Source of the DNA: an uncultured delta proteobacterium
Lineage (GTDB): Bacteria > Desulfobacterota > Desulfobacteria > Desulfobacterales > QNYZ01
Reading direction: 5' to 3'
Assembly: GCA_963845145.1 (NCBI GenBank)
Contig: CAWJQU010000008.1
Location: 512,001-576,000, forward strand
DNA: 64,000 bases
In this document: one piece after another, positions 24,096 through 40,339 of the stretch
Numbering within the stretch: position 1 is the stretch's first letter
Layout: each line of letters opens with the position of its first letter
Notes under the pieces: generated by a model
Database searches by the model: none
What the model saw: only the letters and a program-made list of their open reading frames with translations
What the model was told of the DNA's origin: nothing
Position numbers and translations under genes: made by a program

Positions 24096-27000
24096 ATGAT
24101 TCAATTTTTGCACCGATGCCGGCAGCCAGGTAAAACCCTCGACGCCATGGTTTCGACGACTGATCCTTTTTTTAAGGGGCGGTAGTCTACATCGGACGTT
24201 CGGTGGCTTCCGTGCCCCCCGGAGCCCTTATCTTTTTCCCGTTGTATCCGAACCAGTTGAGCTGTGGACTGACATGCCTGGTGGCGATCAAACCCGACCC
24301 ATCGGTTGTTGTGCAGGTGGATGTCGATTCTTTAGATCGCACCCTAAAACATATGGAAAGCCGGCCATTGTCCGGATTTTCACCCGAAGATAAATCGATT
24401 CCGCACCACCATCTGGATGGTCCGGACACCGTATGCGGTTTATTGGACCAAGTCCGTACCCTTCGGCAGACGCGTTATCTTTCAATAAATTTTTGAAAAC
24501 CCGCAAATGCAAACCGACGCTCGAAGCCCTCTCCCGACCGTCTGATGACCCTGATTAAAGCCGAAAGACAAACATTGGATGATTTGCGGGATCGACTGAT
24601 ACCGGCACACGATAAGGCGCTGGTTTCTAAAAACATACAACAACTCAAAGATATCCATTGGACACTTACCAAGGAGCTGAGTGAGAATATTCGTTTGGTA
24701 AAAGAGTTGGCGGGCCCCGATGGCCCATCGATTCAAGGGCCAATCGGTGGTCATCTTAAAGCAGATAAACGCTGTGTTAAACAGCCTCGACCGGCTCGAG
24801 GTTAGGGGTCGGGACTCCGCCGGTCTTTCGGCTATGTTTCACCTGAGCCGCTCCGACTTTGAACAATTTGAACAGGCCATTGCCCGAAAAAAAATATCCC
24901 AGCGCCTTAGCACCCGATCTAAACCCGATATCCTGGCCAATGATAGTATTCGTATTCGCCATGCCAACGATTCGGCGGGGGCATCATTCACCACGGTGAC
25001 ATTGACATACAAAATTGCCGCTGAAATCGGCAGCCTGGGTGATAATGGTCGCTTTTTGCGCGCCCAGATTCAAAAGGATCGGATTTTTCAACAAATGCTG
25101 TTGCCCATCCACATCGTCATCATACGGTTTGCGCCCATACCCGCTGGGCGTCCGTGGGCGCTATTACCGAACCCAACTGCCATCCCGTAGACAGTGTTAC
25201 GAACCAAGAGGACAGAATGAACCGTCATAGGCATCATTCATGTTTGTCTAAATGGTGACATAGATAATCATCTCTCTTTGCAGCAGGCCTTTGAAAACGG
25301 TGGCGGGCCGTATCCATCCTGAAATCACGACCGATACGAAAATGATCCCCATAACCATCGAAAAACACCTCCGAAACGGACACGATATCACCGAGGCGTT
25401 CCGTCTGGCTGTGAACGAATTTGAAGGGTCGCACGCAATCAGCATGCACACCGACCTCGCCCCCGGTAAGATCTTTTTTGCCCAGAAAGGGAGTGGTCAG
25501 GCGATCTTTATCGGATGTCCGAGAATCAATATATGCCGGTATCGGAGGTATACGGCTTTGTTGAAGAGACGGATGCCTATCTCAAACTGGACGGTGAAGC
25601 GGTCGTGGATGGGAAAAATGGGACCGACCCAAGGCCAGATTTTTGTTCTTGACCCGACCAACGGCGGTGGTCTTGCCGGCATAACGGCCGCTTATTATGA
25701 CGGTACCACGATCAATCTTACCAAAAAAGATGTCAAAGTGAGCGAAATTACCTCAAGGGACATTGATCGCCAGGATTTCGCCCACTATTTTTTAAAGGAG
25801 ATCAATGAAGCCCCCCGCTCGGTGGAACAAACCCTTCAGGCCCGCTGGACAACTGATCCGGATCACAATGATCGCTATATTATCGCACTGGATGAAAAAG
25901 CATTTCCGCAAACGATCCGTGAACGCTTTTATCCAGAATAAAATCAACCGCATCTATTTTATCGGTCAAGGAACAGCCGGCGTTGCCGCCCAGGCTTGTG
26001 CGGATGTTGCCGGCTACTACATAAATAATCCCAATCTGTATATTCGTGCGTTGAAGGCATCGGAATTAAGTGGATTCACCATTGATGAAAAAGATGATGC
26101 GCACACCATGGAAAATACACTCGTGGTGGCCATCAGCCAGTCCGGTACGACGGCTGATACCAACCGCACGGTCGATATGATCAAAACGCGCGGCGCCCAT
26201 ACGCTGGCCATTGTCAATCGTCGGGATTCGGATCTCACTTTTAAAGTGGACGGCGTGATCTATACCAGTAGCGGGCGGGATATCGAGATGTCGGTGGCCT
26301 CCACCAAAGCTTTCTATGCCCAGATCGTGGCAGGGGCCATTATTGGCCTACACCTTGCCGGCCTGACAAAAAGGCGCGATGCCGCATTTATCTCGCAGTG
26401 TATCGATGAACTCAACGCCCTGCCGGCGAAGATGCGACACGTTCTTTCCACCAGTGACAAAATCGGCGCCTCGGCCAAAACATTGGCCACTCAAAAAACC
26501 TATTGGGCCACCGTCGGCAGTGGCCCGAACAAGGCCTCCGCTGACGAGATTCGCATAAAGTTGAGTGAGTTGTGTTATAAAACCATCTCTTCGGACTATG
26601 TGGAGGACAAAAAGCACATCGATCTCTCCGCCGAGCCGCTTATCATTGTTTGTGCCGCCGGTGCACGGCCTTCCGTGACAGGCGACCTGGTCAAGGATAC
26701 CGCCATCTTCCAGGCGCATAAAGCCACGCCCGTGGTCATCACCGACGAAGGTGAAGACCGGTTCGACCCTTATGCGTACCATGTAATTTCCGTTCCCAGG
26801 GTCAGCGAACACCTGGCCCCCATATTAAATACTTTGGCCGGCCACATCTGGGGCTACCACGCCGCCCTGGCCATTCATGCCGGCTCCCGGTTTTTTTATG
26901 ATTTTCGCGAAGAACTGAGCCAGGATTTTCGAACGTTTTCCGCAAAGGAATTGGACCTGTACGATATCCTTCTGGAAACAAGCTTTCGGGAAAAAATTGC

Positions 27001-27880
27001 CCGCTTCTATCGGGCGTTTCGAGAACGGAAAATCGAAGGAAAAATTCCTGCCGCACTGGGGTTAAACGCAGCCACCGATCTGAGCCTTTTGCTAAAATAT
27101 CTTTCGGGCCGATTACCCGTATCCGATTTTAAGATGGATTTTAATAAAGAGGGAACGGCCCGTAACATGGTTGACGCCCTTTATACCTGCCTGGGTGAGG
27201 CCATCAATGCCTTATCCCGACCCGTGGATGCCATCAAGCATCAGGCCAAGACGGTCACGGTGGGGACCAGCCGTATCACCGAACGCACGGATGGCATTCT
27301 TTTTGAAGCGCTCATGCGCCACGGGATCGGTATCGCCCGGCTGATCACTCGCAATGTTATCGTACTGCGAAACCTACAAGTCATTGTTCAGGGCATACAG
27401 GGAGCGATTTTATACCGCATCGGCGGTTTGACTTCTCTGGGAGAAGTAACGGCGCAAGCGACGATTGAAATCATGAAAAAAGAGGGTGTCCTGGCCCCGA
27501 TTCCTTCACGGGTGGAGACCGATACCCAGCTGAAGGGGACCAAACGAATCATCGTCAGCCAGGGAAATGTTTATATCGGTAAAGGACGAAAAGACGATCG
27601 CAGCATCATCGTGATTCCGGCCTTGTCCGATGAGCCCGGTGCCGGTCACACCGTCGGACAGCTACTATTACTCAATGTTACCTTCAAGGAAACCGTTCCC
27701 CTGCCGGCCAAGATCAAGGCCTTGGGGGGCAAATATGACCATATTAAAAATATCGTTCAGGAAAATAGCCTTCTGTGGACAGACGACCATCTGGACAAGG
27801 TTCCCATGGATGAATTGTTTGGCCGTTCAGCGGAAAAAATCGGGGATCTGCTCGTCTCTGAAATCAATGGGGGCAACTAG
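24096..27880 (+). CDS. Large GlmS-like glutamine amidotransferase/SIS protein (frameshifted)
   Basis: RLEVRGRDSAG, AHTRWAS, NCHP, NGDIDN, KEINEAP, SQSGTTADT, VASTKAF, KLSELCY, AKTVTVG. Confidence 0.85.
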
Positions 27881-27891
27881 GACTAGCCGTA

Positions 27892-29548
<1,657 letters not shown>

Positions 29549-29615
29549 TTATATGAGTGTCCTTAAAGTTTCAAACCGGCCCATTCGTTTAATCAGATCG
29601 TTGGTTGACTTGGGT

Positions 29616-30892
<1,277 letters not shown>

Positions 30893-31086
30893 GATACCCT
30901 CCTTTGAAAAATAGATTTTTTTGCAAAAACAGATGGGTTAAGCGTGTAACCATTACTCTGAACAGCTTGACAAAATCATCAAATCTGTTACCTTGCCTTA
31001 TTTTCATTGTCAAGTACGGATGTTCAGCCGACCTATCTGGCACCCGTGTATGGGTTCTTCATATTTCAATCAGGTTGAACGACAAG

Positions 31087-31544
31087 ATGAACCCCAAAAT
31101 CGATTTGTATTCCGATGCGCATCTTTTCGTAGCCGCCATCCGGGTCCTCAGCCACCGGGAGCAGAGCCCGCCCACTTTAGCGTCATGTCTGCCGGCATCT
31201 GGCCATCTCTTTGGAGCGAGGTGGTTACATCCATGCGACAACTGGAAAAAGAGGAAATCATCGAGATCGTCAAACAACCCCATGGTGATCGCTTGTTTGT
31301 TAAAGCCCACTGAATATCGAACATTTTAAGGACACGAACAGATACAAAGTGATCTGGATAAAGCCCTGTCCGAATTCAAATCCGAAAAACAGACTTTTTC
31401 AAAAAAATTGAATCGATTCAGGCGGACCAGGCCAAAAAGAAAAAGGATCTTTTTGCCAAGCTGAATAACCAATTAAAAGCGGGCCCTGGACAATTAAAGG
31501 GCCAATTAAGAAAAGGGCATCCTTCGGACATCGCTGATCAATGA
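31087..31544 (+). CDS. Conserved hypothetical protein (possible wHTH plus coiled coil; frameshifted)
   Basis: MNPKIDLYSDAHLFVAAIRVL...; reconstructed stop overlaps the lpxH ATG (ATGA). Confidence 0.55.
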
Positions 31545-32334
31545 TAGACGGTAAAAACCAGGGAAGGTTTTTTATTTCATCTCCGACGCCCATCTCGGCC
31601 CCGATCTGCCCTACCCGATCACCGCGAGACATTGGCTGCATCGAATTCCTCAGTCGCATTCGGAGCGATGCCGCACAATTGTTTATCATCGGTGATCTGT
31701 TTGATTTCTGGATCGAATATCGCCGTATCATCCGCTCTGACTATTTCAAGATCTGAGTGTGCTTGCGGGTCTGATCGGTAAGGGTGTCAAGGTCGATTAT
31801 ATCGCCGGAAATCACGATTTTGCCTTGGGACCATTTTTAACAGACCAGATCGGAATCCAGGTGCACTGAGAATTCTCTGGCCATCAGCCCACAATGGAAC
31901 CCAATTATACGTTAACCCACGGGGACGGACTTATCAAGGCGGACAAAGGATATCGCCTGCTAAAAAAATGTTTAAGGCATCCAATCCTTCAGACCAGCTA
32001 CCGGTTACTTCACCCGAGCTTGGGGATCGGTACTGGCCACCTTTTTTTCAAAAATGAGCCGCCGCCAGGAAAGAGCCAAGGGCCCCAAATTCGGTCATCA
32101 GCAATATCGCACAGATCGCCTGGGAGATCGCCGCCCAGGGATCATGATTTGATTGTCATGGGTCATACCCACCGTCCCGAGATCATCCGCCACCAAAATA
32201 AAGTCTATTGCAATACGGGCGACTGGATCAACTCATTTACCTATGCCACATTCGCAGACGACACACTTAGGCTTTGGCGCTACCGGCATGGGGAAGCACC
32301 GGTCGAAATACGACCTGAACGGCATTCAAGTTAG
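31541..32334 (+). CDS. lpxH: UDP-2,3-diacylglucosamine hydrolase (frameshifted)
   Basis: SDAHLG, GDLFDFW, GNHD, THGD, MGHTH, NTGDW metallophosphoesterase motifs. Confidence 0.85.
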
Positions 32335-32499
32335 CCGGACGGTTTACCGGCCGTTCTGTCAACCGGCCAAAGGGTCATCAAGCCCCATGCATCAACTTTC
32401 TTAACTGAAACACTATTTGATTCTCGCCAACACCTTGGCAAAGAGGCAAACGCATTGGCCGGCCGGGATGGTCGTCCGCCAGACCGGCAGGCCGACAGA

Positions 32500-33262
32500 C
32501 TATTCCATCATGCCCCGGACCTCATCGGTATATTCACCCCCTGACTCATATATCACCAAGGGTGACTCGATGGTCATGCCCGGCCGTCCGCCGGACACCC
32601 CTTCGACCAGGATGCGCTCAACCGCTTGCATCGCATAAGATTGTACGGGTCGCATACGTTTGGGTTCGATCCCATCGGCACGCATGTGCATAAAAAGGTC
32701 AACGATTCGATCGGCGGGAAAGATAAGGTGCAGTCGCCCGCCACGGCGCAGGATTCGACGTGTGGTAGCGGTGATATCCTTAATGGACATGGCGATCTCA
32801 TGCCGTGCCAGGGCCCGTTCAGTATTGGGGTTGATACGCCCTGAAGCTACCCGGCTGAAAGGGGGATTACACACGATCCGATCAACAGGCCCATTGATTT
32901 GCCTCTGGGAGAGATTCTTTATATCCCCGACAATGATGTCAAAACGATCGTCCATCTCATTGATGGTTGCATTTTTCCGTGCCAACCCGGCCAGTGACTG
33001 CTGAATTTCAATGCCAAAGGCCTGCAGGGTCAACTGACGATACGCCAAAATCAGGGCGATAATCCCGCATCCACATCCCAGATCGACAAGCCGCTCACCG
33101 GCCTTGGGGTGGACATTTCCGGCCAGCAGGACCGCATCGATGGAAAAACGATAGCCGGTTTTATGTTGATAAACCGTCAAACTGCCGTTTAAAAAACGAT
33201 CCCGGGTGAGTTGAGAGGTATCGGATGTCGCAGAATGGTTGGACTATGTGATCCGTTATCAT
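32500..33262 (-). CDS. tRNA1(Val) A37 N6-methyltransferase family (TrmN6/YfiC-like)
   Basis: YRFSIDAVLL, DLGCGCG, CNPPF, ARHE; start approximate because of an indel. Confidence 0.85.
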
Positions 33263-33263
33263 T

Positions 33264-33614
33264 TTATTGTTGGTTCTCTCGAAGTCGGGGGATGAATCCA
33301 CAGGGCCGATACGGAAACGGATATCATCGATCAACTCATTTTCAAGCGCGGCGTTCAAGTCTGACGACGATCTCTTTTTTACTAAACTGCAACTGGTGAA
33401 TCCATGCTGAACTGCTGGCAGAAACCAATAACAATCGATCTTTAAATGCCGCCGGCTGAGTGTGGGCGGCAATCCCCTGCCCCACAACGGCCTCCCACAG
33501 TTCCCAGACGCGAACCAAGTCTTGATCCGCATAACGGCGGAACGAGCCCAGGACATCATCCAGAAGTTGGCCGATGGGAATCGGATGTTTCAATTTTACG
33601 CGGGTACGTTTCAT
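33264..33614 (-). CDS. DUF721/DciA-like protein (frameshifted)
   Basis: WEAVVGQGIAAHTQP, SSAWIHQL, IRFRIG; end approximate. Confidence 0.8.
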
Positions 33615-33782
33615 GCGGTTCAAACCTACTAAACCGGGGCTTCAGCCGTCAAATTAAAAAAGCAACCTGTGCCCGACTATTGTCCAGTCAAAGCGGCTTT
33701 TTGCTTGACTTCAGCGGGTGTGTTACTTACCATTGGCCAAATTTACCATGTCTAGAATAAAAAAACCTGAAGGGTTTCAATT

Positions 33783-34829
33783 ATGAATTGGGATTGGGAA
33801 AAGCTGAAAGAACAACAGAAATTTCGGGGTGGCGGCGAGTGGTGGCGGTCCCAAACCGCCGCAAATGGATGAGTTGCTTGAAAAAATGCGAAAAATCCGC
33901 CTGCCGGGCGGCCCCATTGTCATTCTGATTATTATCGCCATCTTTTTCGCCGCTCGGCCTTTTTTACCGTGGGAACCGATGAAGTGGGTGTGGTGCAGCG
34001 CTTTGGGCGATTTGTCCGCACCGTACAACCGGGGTTGAACTTCAAGTGGCCCGCCGGCATCGAATACGTCACCAAAGTTAAAGTCCGGCGTGTCGAAAAA
34101 GAGGAGTTTGGATTCCGCACAACCGAGACGCGCGGTGGTTCGAGCATTATCCACCGATACGGAAAACAATGTATCCCTGATGTTGACCGGCGACCTCAAT
34201 GTGGCCCTGGTGCCATGGATCGTGCAATACCGGATTAAGGATCCATATAACTATTTGTTCCGTGTTCGGGACGTCAATCGATTGCTAAGGGACATGTCGG
34301 AAGCGGCTATGCGAATGGTAATCGGTGACCGCAGCATCAACGAAGTGATCAGCAAACGGATCGCGAAATCGCCGATGAGGCCAAGAAAGTGCTCCAGGAA
34401 GAGATGGATGCGGCCGAGGCGGGGATTGAAATCGTCACCATCGAAATGAAAAAGACCAATGTTCCCGGTCCGGTCCAGCCCTCTTTTAATGAGGTCAATC
34501 AGGCCGTTCAGCAAAAAGAAAAGCTGATTTACCAAGCCCAGGAAGAGTACAACAAGGCCATCCCCACCGCACGGGGCGAGGCCCAGAGAGTGATCAAAGA
34601 AGCGGAAGGGTATGCGCTTGATAAGGTGAACCGGGCCAATGGTGATGCCACCCGCTTCACGGCACTGTACAATGAATACGCCAAGGCCAAAGATGTCACC
34701 AAACGGCGTCTCTATTTGGAGACGATGCAGGAACTGATTCCGAAAATGGGGCAAAAGACGATTATTGATTCAAGCCAGCAGAACTTCTTGCCCCTATTAA
34801 ACCTTGGAAAACAGATCGGTAAGGAATAA
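33783..34829 (+). CDS. hflK: FtsH modulator HflK (frameshifted)
   Basis: EVGVVQRFG, PGLNFKWP, MLTGDLN, AIPTARGEA, RRLYLETM. Confidence 0.92.
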
Positions 34830-35773
34830 TGAAAATAAAAAGCATTCTCATAATTTTTCTAGTTGTGATCGCGTTCGTCGCGTACAATGCCGCTTATATT
34901 GTCGACGAAACCGAACAGGTGGTTATCACCCAGTTCGGCCGCGTTGATTGGGGAGTCGAAGACAACCCCCGGCCTGAAATTCAAAATTCCCGCTTATTCA
35001 GCAGGCCAACCGCTTCCCCAAATACCTGCTTGAATGGGACGGAGACCCGGGTCAGGTACCCACCCTGGACAAGACCTTTATCTGGGTCGATCCCTTTGCA
35101 AGGTGGCGGATCGTGGATCCGGTGGCTTTTTTCCAAACGGTGAAAGACGAGTTCAGTGCGCAAGAGCCGGCTGGACGATATTATCGACCCGGCGGTACGA
35201 AATTTTATTACCTCTTATCCGCTGATAGAAACGGTCCGCATGACCAACCGTACCCTGGACACTTACGAGGCCGGAATAGAGGATACACGAAAAGCGTATG
35301 ATTTTCACATTGCCACGGGGCGGGATCAGATCACCAAGGGAATCCTCAAGCAGGCCCAGCCCAAACTGGCCAAGTTCGGAATTGAACTGGTGGACGTTAA
35401 ATTAAAGCGCATTAACTACGTGGAAGCAGTGCGAGACTCGGTCTATAATCGAATGATTGCCGAGCGGAACCAGATTGCCGAAAAATTTCGCTCCGAAGGT
35501 GTGGGGCAAGCCCTGGAAATTCGTGGTGAAAAAGAAAAAGATTTGAAACGCATCACTTCCGAGGCATACAAGGCCGCCCAGGAAATCAAAGGAGAGGCTG
35601 ATGCCGAGGTTACGCAGCTCTTGGCCAAAGCCCTCGGGGTCGATCCTGAATTTTACTCATTCACCAGAACCCTCGAAGTTTACAAGAAAACCCTGGGTAA
35701 AGACAGCCAGATAATTTTGTCCACCGATTCACAATTATTGCAATACTTAAAGAAATATCCGACCGAACCCTAA
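34829..35773 (+). CDS. hflC: FtsH modulator HflC (frameshifted)
   Basis: VITQFG, RMIAER, FRSEG, DPEFYSFTRTLE. Confidence 0.92.
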
Positions 35774-35815
35774 AAAGGCCATCGCCGCAGGCCAGTCGCC
35801 GGCCAATTGATTCAA

Positions 35816-35861
35816 TAAAAAAGCACCGTTTGTTGATTATCTCAAATGACGGTGCTTTTTC
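35816..35861. terminator. Bidirectional intrinsic terminator between hflC and the bS22-like gene
   Basis: AAAAAAGCACCGT...ACGGTGCTTTTT inverted repeat with A and T tails. Confidence 0.8.
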
Positions 35862-35886
35862 TTTGCAGAAAAGAATTCAGGTCCCA

Positions 35887-35985
35887 TTATTTACCCTTTC
35901 TTCTCTGATGGCGTGTTCTTGCAAGTAGCTTGCGGTGTTTGTGTTTGCGCATTTTTTTTCGCCGTTTTTTAATCACACTACCCAA
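35887..35985 (-). CDS. Small basic protein, bS22 / AURKAIP1-COX24 domain family
   Basis: Manual translation TTG-GSVIKKRRKKMRKHKHRKLLARTRHQRRKGK-TAA with SD AGGAGGTG; below the ORF-track cutoff. Confidence 0.9.
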   Translation of the reverse strand: MGSVIKKRRKKMRKHKHRKLLARTRHQRRKGK

Positions 35986-36176
35986 CCGATCACCTCCTTT
36001 CCTTAAAATATTGCATTTTATAAAGATAAGACGTTACCATCAACCACTGGGTGCTGTCCATCTTTTTTTTAAGCGATATCGGTCAACACCGTAACCGGCA
36101 CTATTTGACAATCGGCACAGGGTCCTCTATTCTTTTTGTGGATTTTCATTTTATTTGGGTGATTCAATTGCTCGAA

Positions 36177-36740
36177 ATGTCAATGCGTGCACTAAAGACG
36201 TTCACACAAAAACAGATTCAAATCGTCAATCGGGCCGCAGGCTTGGCGGAAGAACTGGTTAGCAACGCTTATAAGCTTTCGGCCAGTGAATGGTTGCGAC
36301 GAAGATACGATATCAAAACGCTGGCCGATTTAACCCCCGCCGAGATCGTGCATGGCCCTTTTGCCCAGATCATTCGATATCAGGCCCAACGCTCGGATAC
36401 ATCTTTGTCCACTTCTTCCTACGATTTTTATAAAATCTGTTTTCAGGACCATACCATTTTGACCAAGCTTAAAATTTCGTCTGACCTTTATCTTTTCCCA
36501 TTTTCACTCTACACGGTCACCCACGAACTTATTCATATCGTACGATTTACCAAATTTTTACAAAATTTCGTGGCCACGGATGATGAAAAACTGGACGAAG
36601 AGATGCGCGTCCACCAAAAAACACATGACATTTTAGGAGATATTCGCATTTCAGGATTGGCGCCTGTCCTTGCATTTTATCGCAGATGGCAAACCCATCA
36701 TGATCGGTTGATATTCCAAAAAAATCTTCATGAAACTTGA
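36177..36740 (+). CDS. Hypothetical protein with HExxH motif
   Basis: ORF containing THELIH and downstream EE..VH; ATG at 36177 in frame. Confidence 0.7.
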   Translation: MSMRALKTFTQKQIQIVNRAAGLAEELVSNAYKLSASEWLRRRYDIKTLADLTPAEIVHGPFAQIIRYQAQRSDTSLSTSSYDFYKICFQDHTILTKLKISSDLYLFPFSLYTVTHELIHIVRFTKFLQNFVATDDEKLDEEMRVHQKTHDILGDIRISGLAPVLAFYRRWQTHHDRLIFQKNLHET

Positions 36741-36751
36741 CCAAACCTGTC

Positions 36752-36804
36752 TTGACAATCCCGAAACCTTTATTATTATCTATACCGAGTCACAAACATG
36801 ACTC
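36752..36804 (+). promoter_or_regulatory. Putative sigma70 promoter plus operator-like palindrome
   Basis: TTGACA (36752) - 16 nt - TATTAT (36774), followed by GAGTCA-N6-TGACTC (36787-36804). Confidence 0.55.
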
Positions 36805-36839
36805 AAAAACGACCGGAACGGTGACCAAGGAGAGAAAAA

Positions 36840-37112
36840 ATGCCCCTATATGAGTATGAATGCGTAGGATGCGGCGACCTCACTGAGGAGCTTCAAAAAT
36901 TTTCTGACAAACCGCTCACGAAGTGTAAAAGCTGTGGAGGCAAACTTCATAAACTCATATCCCACAGCAGCTTTCACCTCAAAGGATCCGGCTGGTATGT
37001 CACCGACTACGCCGGAAAGAAAGATTCCGCGACAAAACCCGCGGAAAAGAAAACCGATGCTGCAACCTCAAGTAAAACGAAGAAAACATCCAAGGTCGAT
37101 AGCGATGCGTAG
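36840..37112 (+). CDS. FmdB-family zinc-ribbon protein
   Basis: MPLYEYECVGCG...CKSCGG...FHLKGSGWYVTDY. Confidence 0.92.
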   Translation: MPLYEYECVGCGDLTEELQKFSDKPLTKCKSCGGKLHKLISHSSFHLKGSGWYVTDYAGKKDSATKPAEKKTDAATSSKTKKTSKVDSDA

Positions 37113-37335
37113 GTCTATTCCGCTCTACCGGCCCCCCTGCCGGTGGTCGCGTATCGCAATTCTAAAAGACCGATTCGAACTTTTATAATTTTAATTTTCG
37201 ATCTCTTTACAACATTGATCGGATGCTTACTTTCTCAGCAAAATTGGGAGAAATGGTATAAAACCGCTTTTTTGTGGAAATGGTTTACCACGACTGGCCA
37301 AGTAACCATCGTAAAAAAAAAGGAGAAGTTAACAA

Positions 37336-37624
37336 ATGAAACTCAGACCATTGCAGGACCGAATTTTAGTTCAGCGCGTTGAGGAGGAGACTCAAACCAA
37401 AGGTGGTATCATTATACCGGATACAGCCAAAGAAAAACCCGCCGAGGGTAAAGTCACGGCTGTCGGCAACGGCAAGGTCGGTGAAGACGGGAAACGCATT
37501 CCAGTCGAATTAAAAAAAGGAGATCGGATTCTGTTTGGTAAAGTATTCCGGTACCGAAGTCAAGGTCGAGGGTGATGAATACCTGATCATGCGTGAAGAA
37601 GATGTGCTGGGCGTGATCGAATAG
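37336..37624 (+). CDS. groES: Co-chaperonin GroES (one frameshift)
   Basis: [36 protein letters not shown]. Confidence 0.97.
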
Positions 37625-37678
37625 TTTTTCTATGATTCTACGATTTTTTTTAAATTCTACGATATAAACGGAGGTTGA

Positions 37679-39357
<1,679 letters not shown>

Positions 39358-39418
39358 TCATTCCAACCAACGCCAAGCTGTTACCAGGATCGCTTAATCC
39401 GGTTTATTGAAACACAAT

Positions 39419-39452
39419 AAAAGCCCCCATAGCTAAAACATGGGGGCTTTTT
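39419..39452 (+). terminator. Intrinsic terminator after groEL
   Basis: AAAAGCCCCCAT...ATGGGGGCTTTTT hairpin plus U-tract. Confidence 0.85.
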
Positions 39453-39539
39453 GTTTTCATGAGGGAATCCAAGGCTGACGGGTAGAATAAAAACGTTTTT
39501 CAATTCATTTTTACACTCAAAACAAAAAAAGCATTCGCA

Positions 39540-40328
39540 ATGGCCAAACGCCAAATAAAATTGATCTCCTGGAACGTTAATGGATTAAGAGCCATCATGA
39601 AAAAGAACTTTTTGGAAACGTTTGCCGCCATGGATGCCGATATCTTCGCCATTCAGGAAACCAAACTGCAAGCCCATCAGCGCACCGAAGCCATGACGAC
39701 TATCAAAGAATATTCATCACACTGGTCGGACGCCACTAGCAAAAAGGGATACAGTGGCGTTGGTGTTTATTCACGATTGCCACCGGTGTCCGTCAAAGCT
39801 GGTTTTGGAATTGACCAGTTTGACCGTGAGGGTCGCATTCTGGAATTGGACTTCGATGATTTTATTTTTTTTAATGTCTACTTTCCCAACGGCCAGATGA
39901 GTGATGAACGCCTGGCTTACAAACTCGATTTTTACGATGCCTTTTTCGAATATACCGACCAACTGAAAGCAGACGGCCGCAGCATCATCATCACCGGCGA
40001 TTACAATATAGCCCACAATGAAATCGACTTGAAAAACCCCAAGGCCAACGCCAATCGATCGGGTTTTTTGCGTATTGAGCGGGACTGGCTGGATCGGATC
40101 AAAAGTCGTGGCTACGTAGATACATTCCGCCACTTCTACCCTGAGGTCATCAAGTATTCGTGGTGGTCGTATCGGTTCAAAGCCCGGGAGAGAAATGCCG
40201 GATGGCGCATTGACTATTTCTTTGTGACTCAGGATATCATTGACGAAGGCTGGATTGTTGAGCCTTTCATCGATAACACTGTTCTCGGGTCAGATCATTG
40301 CCCCATTGGACTGGTAATGGAAATTTAA
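39540..40328 (+). CDS. xth: Exodeoxyribonuclease III
   Basis: SWNVNG, QETK, GYSGV, YFPNG, GDYN, WRIDY, SDHCP. Confidence 0.96.
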   Translation: MAKRQIKLISWNVNGLRAIMKKNFLETFAAMDADIFAIQETKLQAHQRTEAMTTIKEYSSHWSDATSKKGYSGVGVYSRLPPVSVKAGFGIDQFDREGRILELDFDDFIFFNVYFPNGQMSDERLAYKLDFYDAFFEYTDQLKADGRSIIITGDYNIAHNEIDLKNPKANANRSGFLRIERDWLDRIKSRGYVDTFRHFYPEVIKYSWWSYRFKARERNAGWRIDYFFVTQDIIDEGWIVEPFIDNTVLGSDHCPIGLVMEI

Positions 40329-40339
40329 AGTTGCAGAGA

